From Octopus sinensis (lineage: Eukaryota): 64,000 nucleotides of DNA. The stretch spans positions 7,006,001 through 7,070,000 of the forward strand of contig NC_043000.1 in assembly GCF_006345805.1 (NCBI RefSeq), read 5' to 3'. The translations under genes and the position numbers were made by a program. The notes beneath the pieces are model-generated. The model was not told the DNA's origin. It saw only the letters and a list, made by a program, of their open reading frames with translations, and made no database searches. This document shows positions 63,766-64,000 of the stretch, piece after piece (positions within the stretch are counted from its first letter, which is position 1; each line of letters begins with the position of its first letter).

Positions 63766-63924
63766 TCACCATTCACAAAAATTCACTGTTCCTATAGGTA
63801 ACAATGAGTCACATGGGCCTGACTTGATATTTAAAGCAGACAGACAGGCAGACAGATTCAATTACTGTTCTCTGGAGCAGCAGTTAGAATGGGCAAAGTT
63901 ACTTTGAGCATGTTACACGACTGT

Positions 63925-63976
63925 TAGGCACTCACTCACTCTCACTCACTCACGCTCACTCACTCACTCACTCACA
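63925..63976. repeat. (CACT)n tetranucleotide repeat
   Basis: Directly visible. Confidence 0.9.
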
Positions 63977-64000
63977 TAACTCATTCAGTCGGAGGCTTAC

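Overview
Eukaryotic, AT-rich, microsatellite-laden genomic DNA. The repeat families look like those of a coleoid cephalopod (Octopus-type); this is my inference from pattern recognition and was not checked against a database. The window holds the 3' part of one host gene on the minus strand, a BtpA/SgcQ-family TIM-barrel protein. Three coding exons are supported (30356-30206, 16139-16012, 3238-3039), with GT-AG sites, matching phases and introns of 14.1 kb and 12.8 kb. I found no 5' exons in the remaining 33.6 kb. Almost everything else is transposable-element debris: a 2.85-kb 5'-truncated RTE LINE whose RT carries a PHD-like finger, many RTE 3' ends, several tRNA-derived SINE families, and a Penelope-like element split by a TIR element with an 8-bp TSD. 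There is also a DD37D Tc1/mariner relic, Tx1/L1-like and R4-like relics, TTAA/TA/hAT-type MITEs and long foldback hairpins. The most unusual observation is a set of four minimal hammerhead-ribozyme-like motifs. One of them lies downstream of a tRNA-type Pol III promoter in the 3' end of the Penelope element. Nearly all ORFs in the supplied track are microsatellite or repeat read-throughs. Repeat boundaries were read by eye and are approximate unless a TSD or TIR is quoted.
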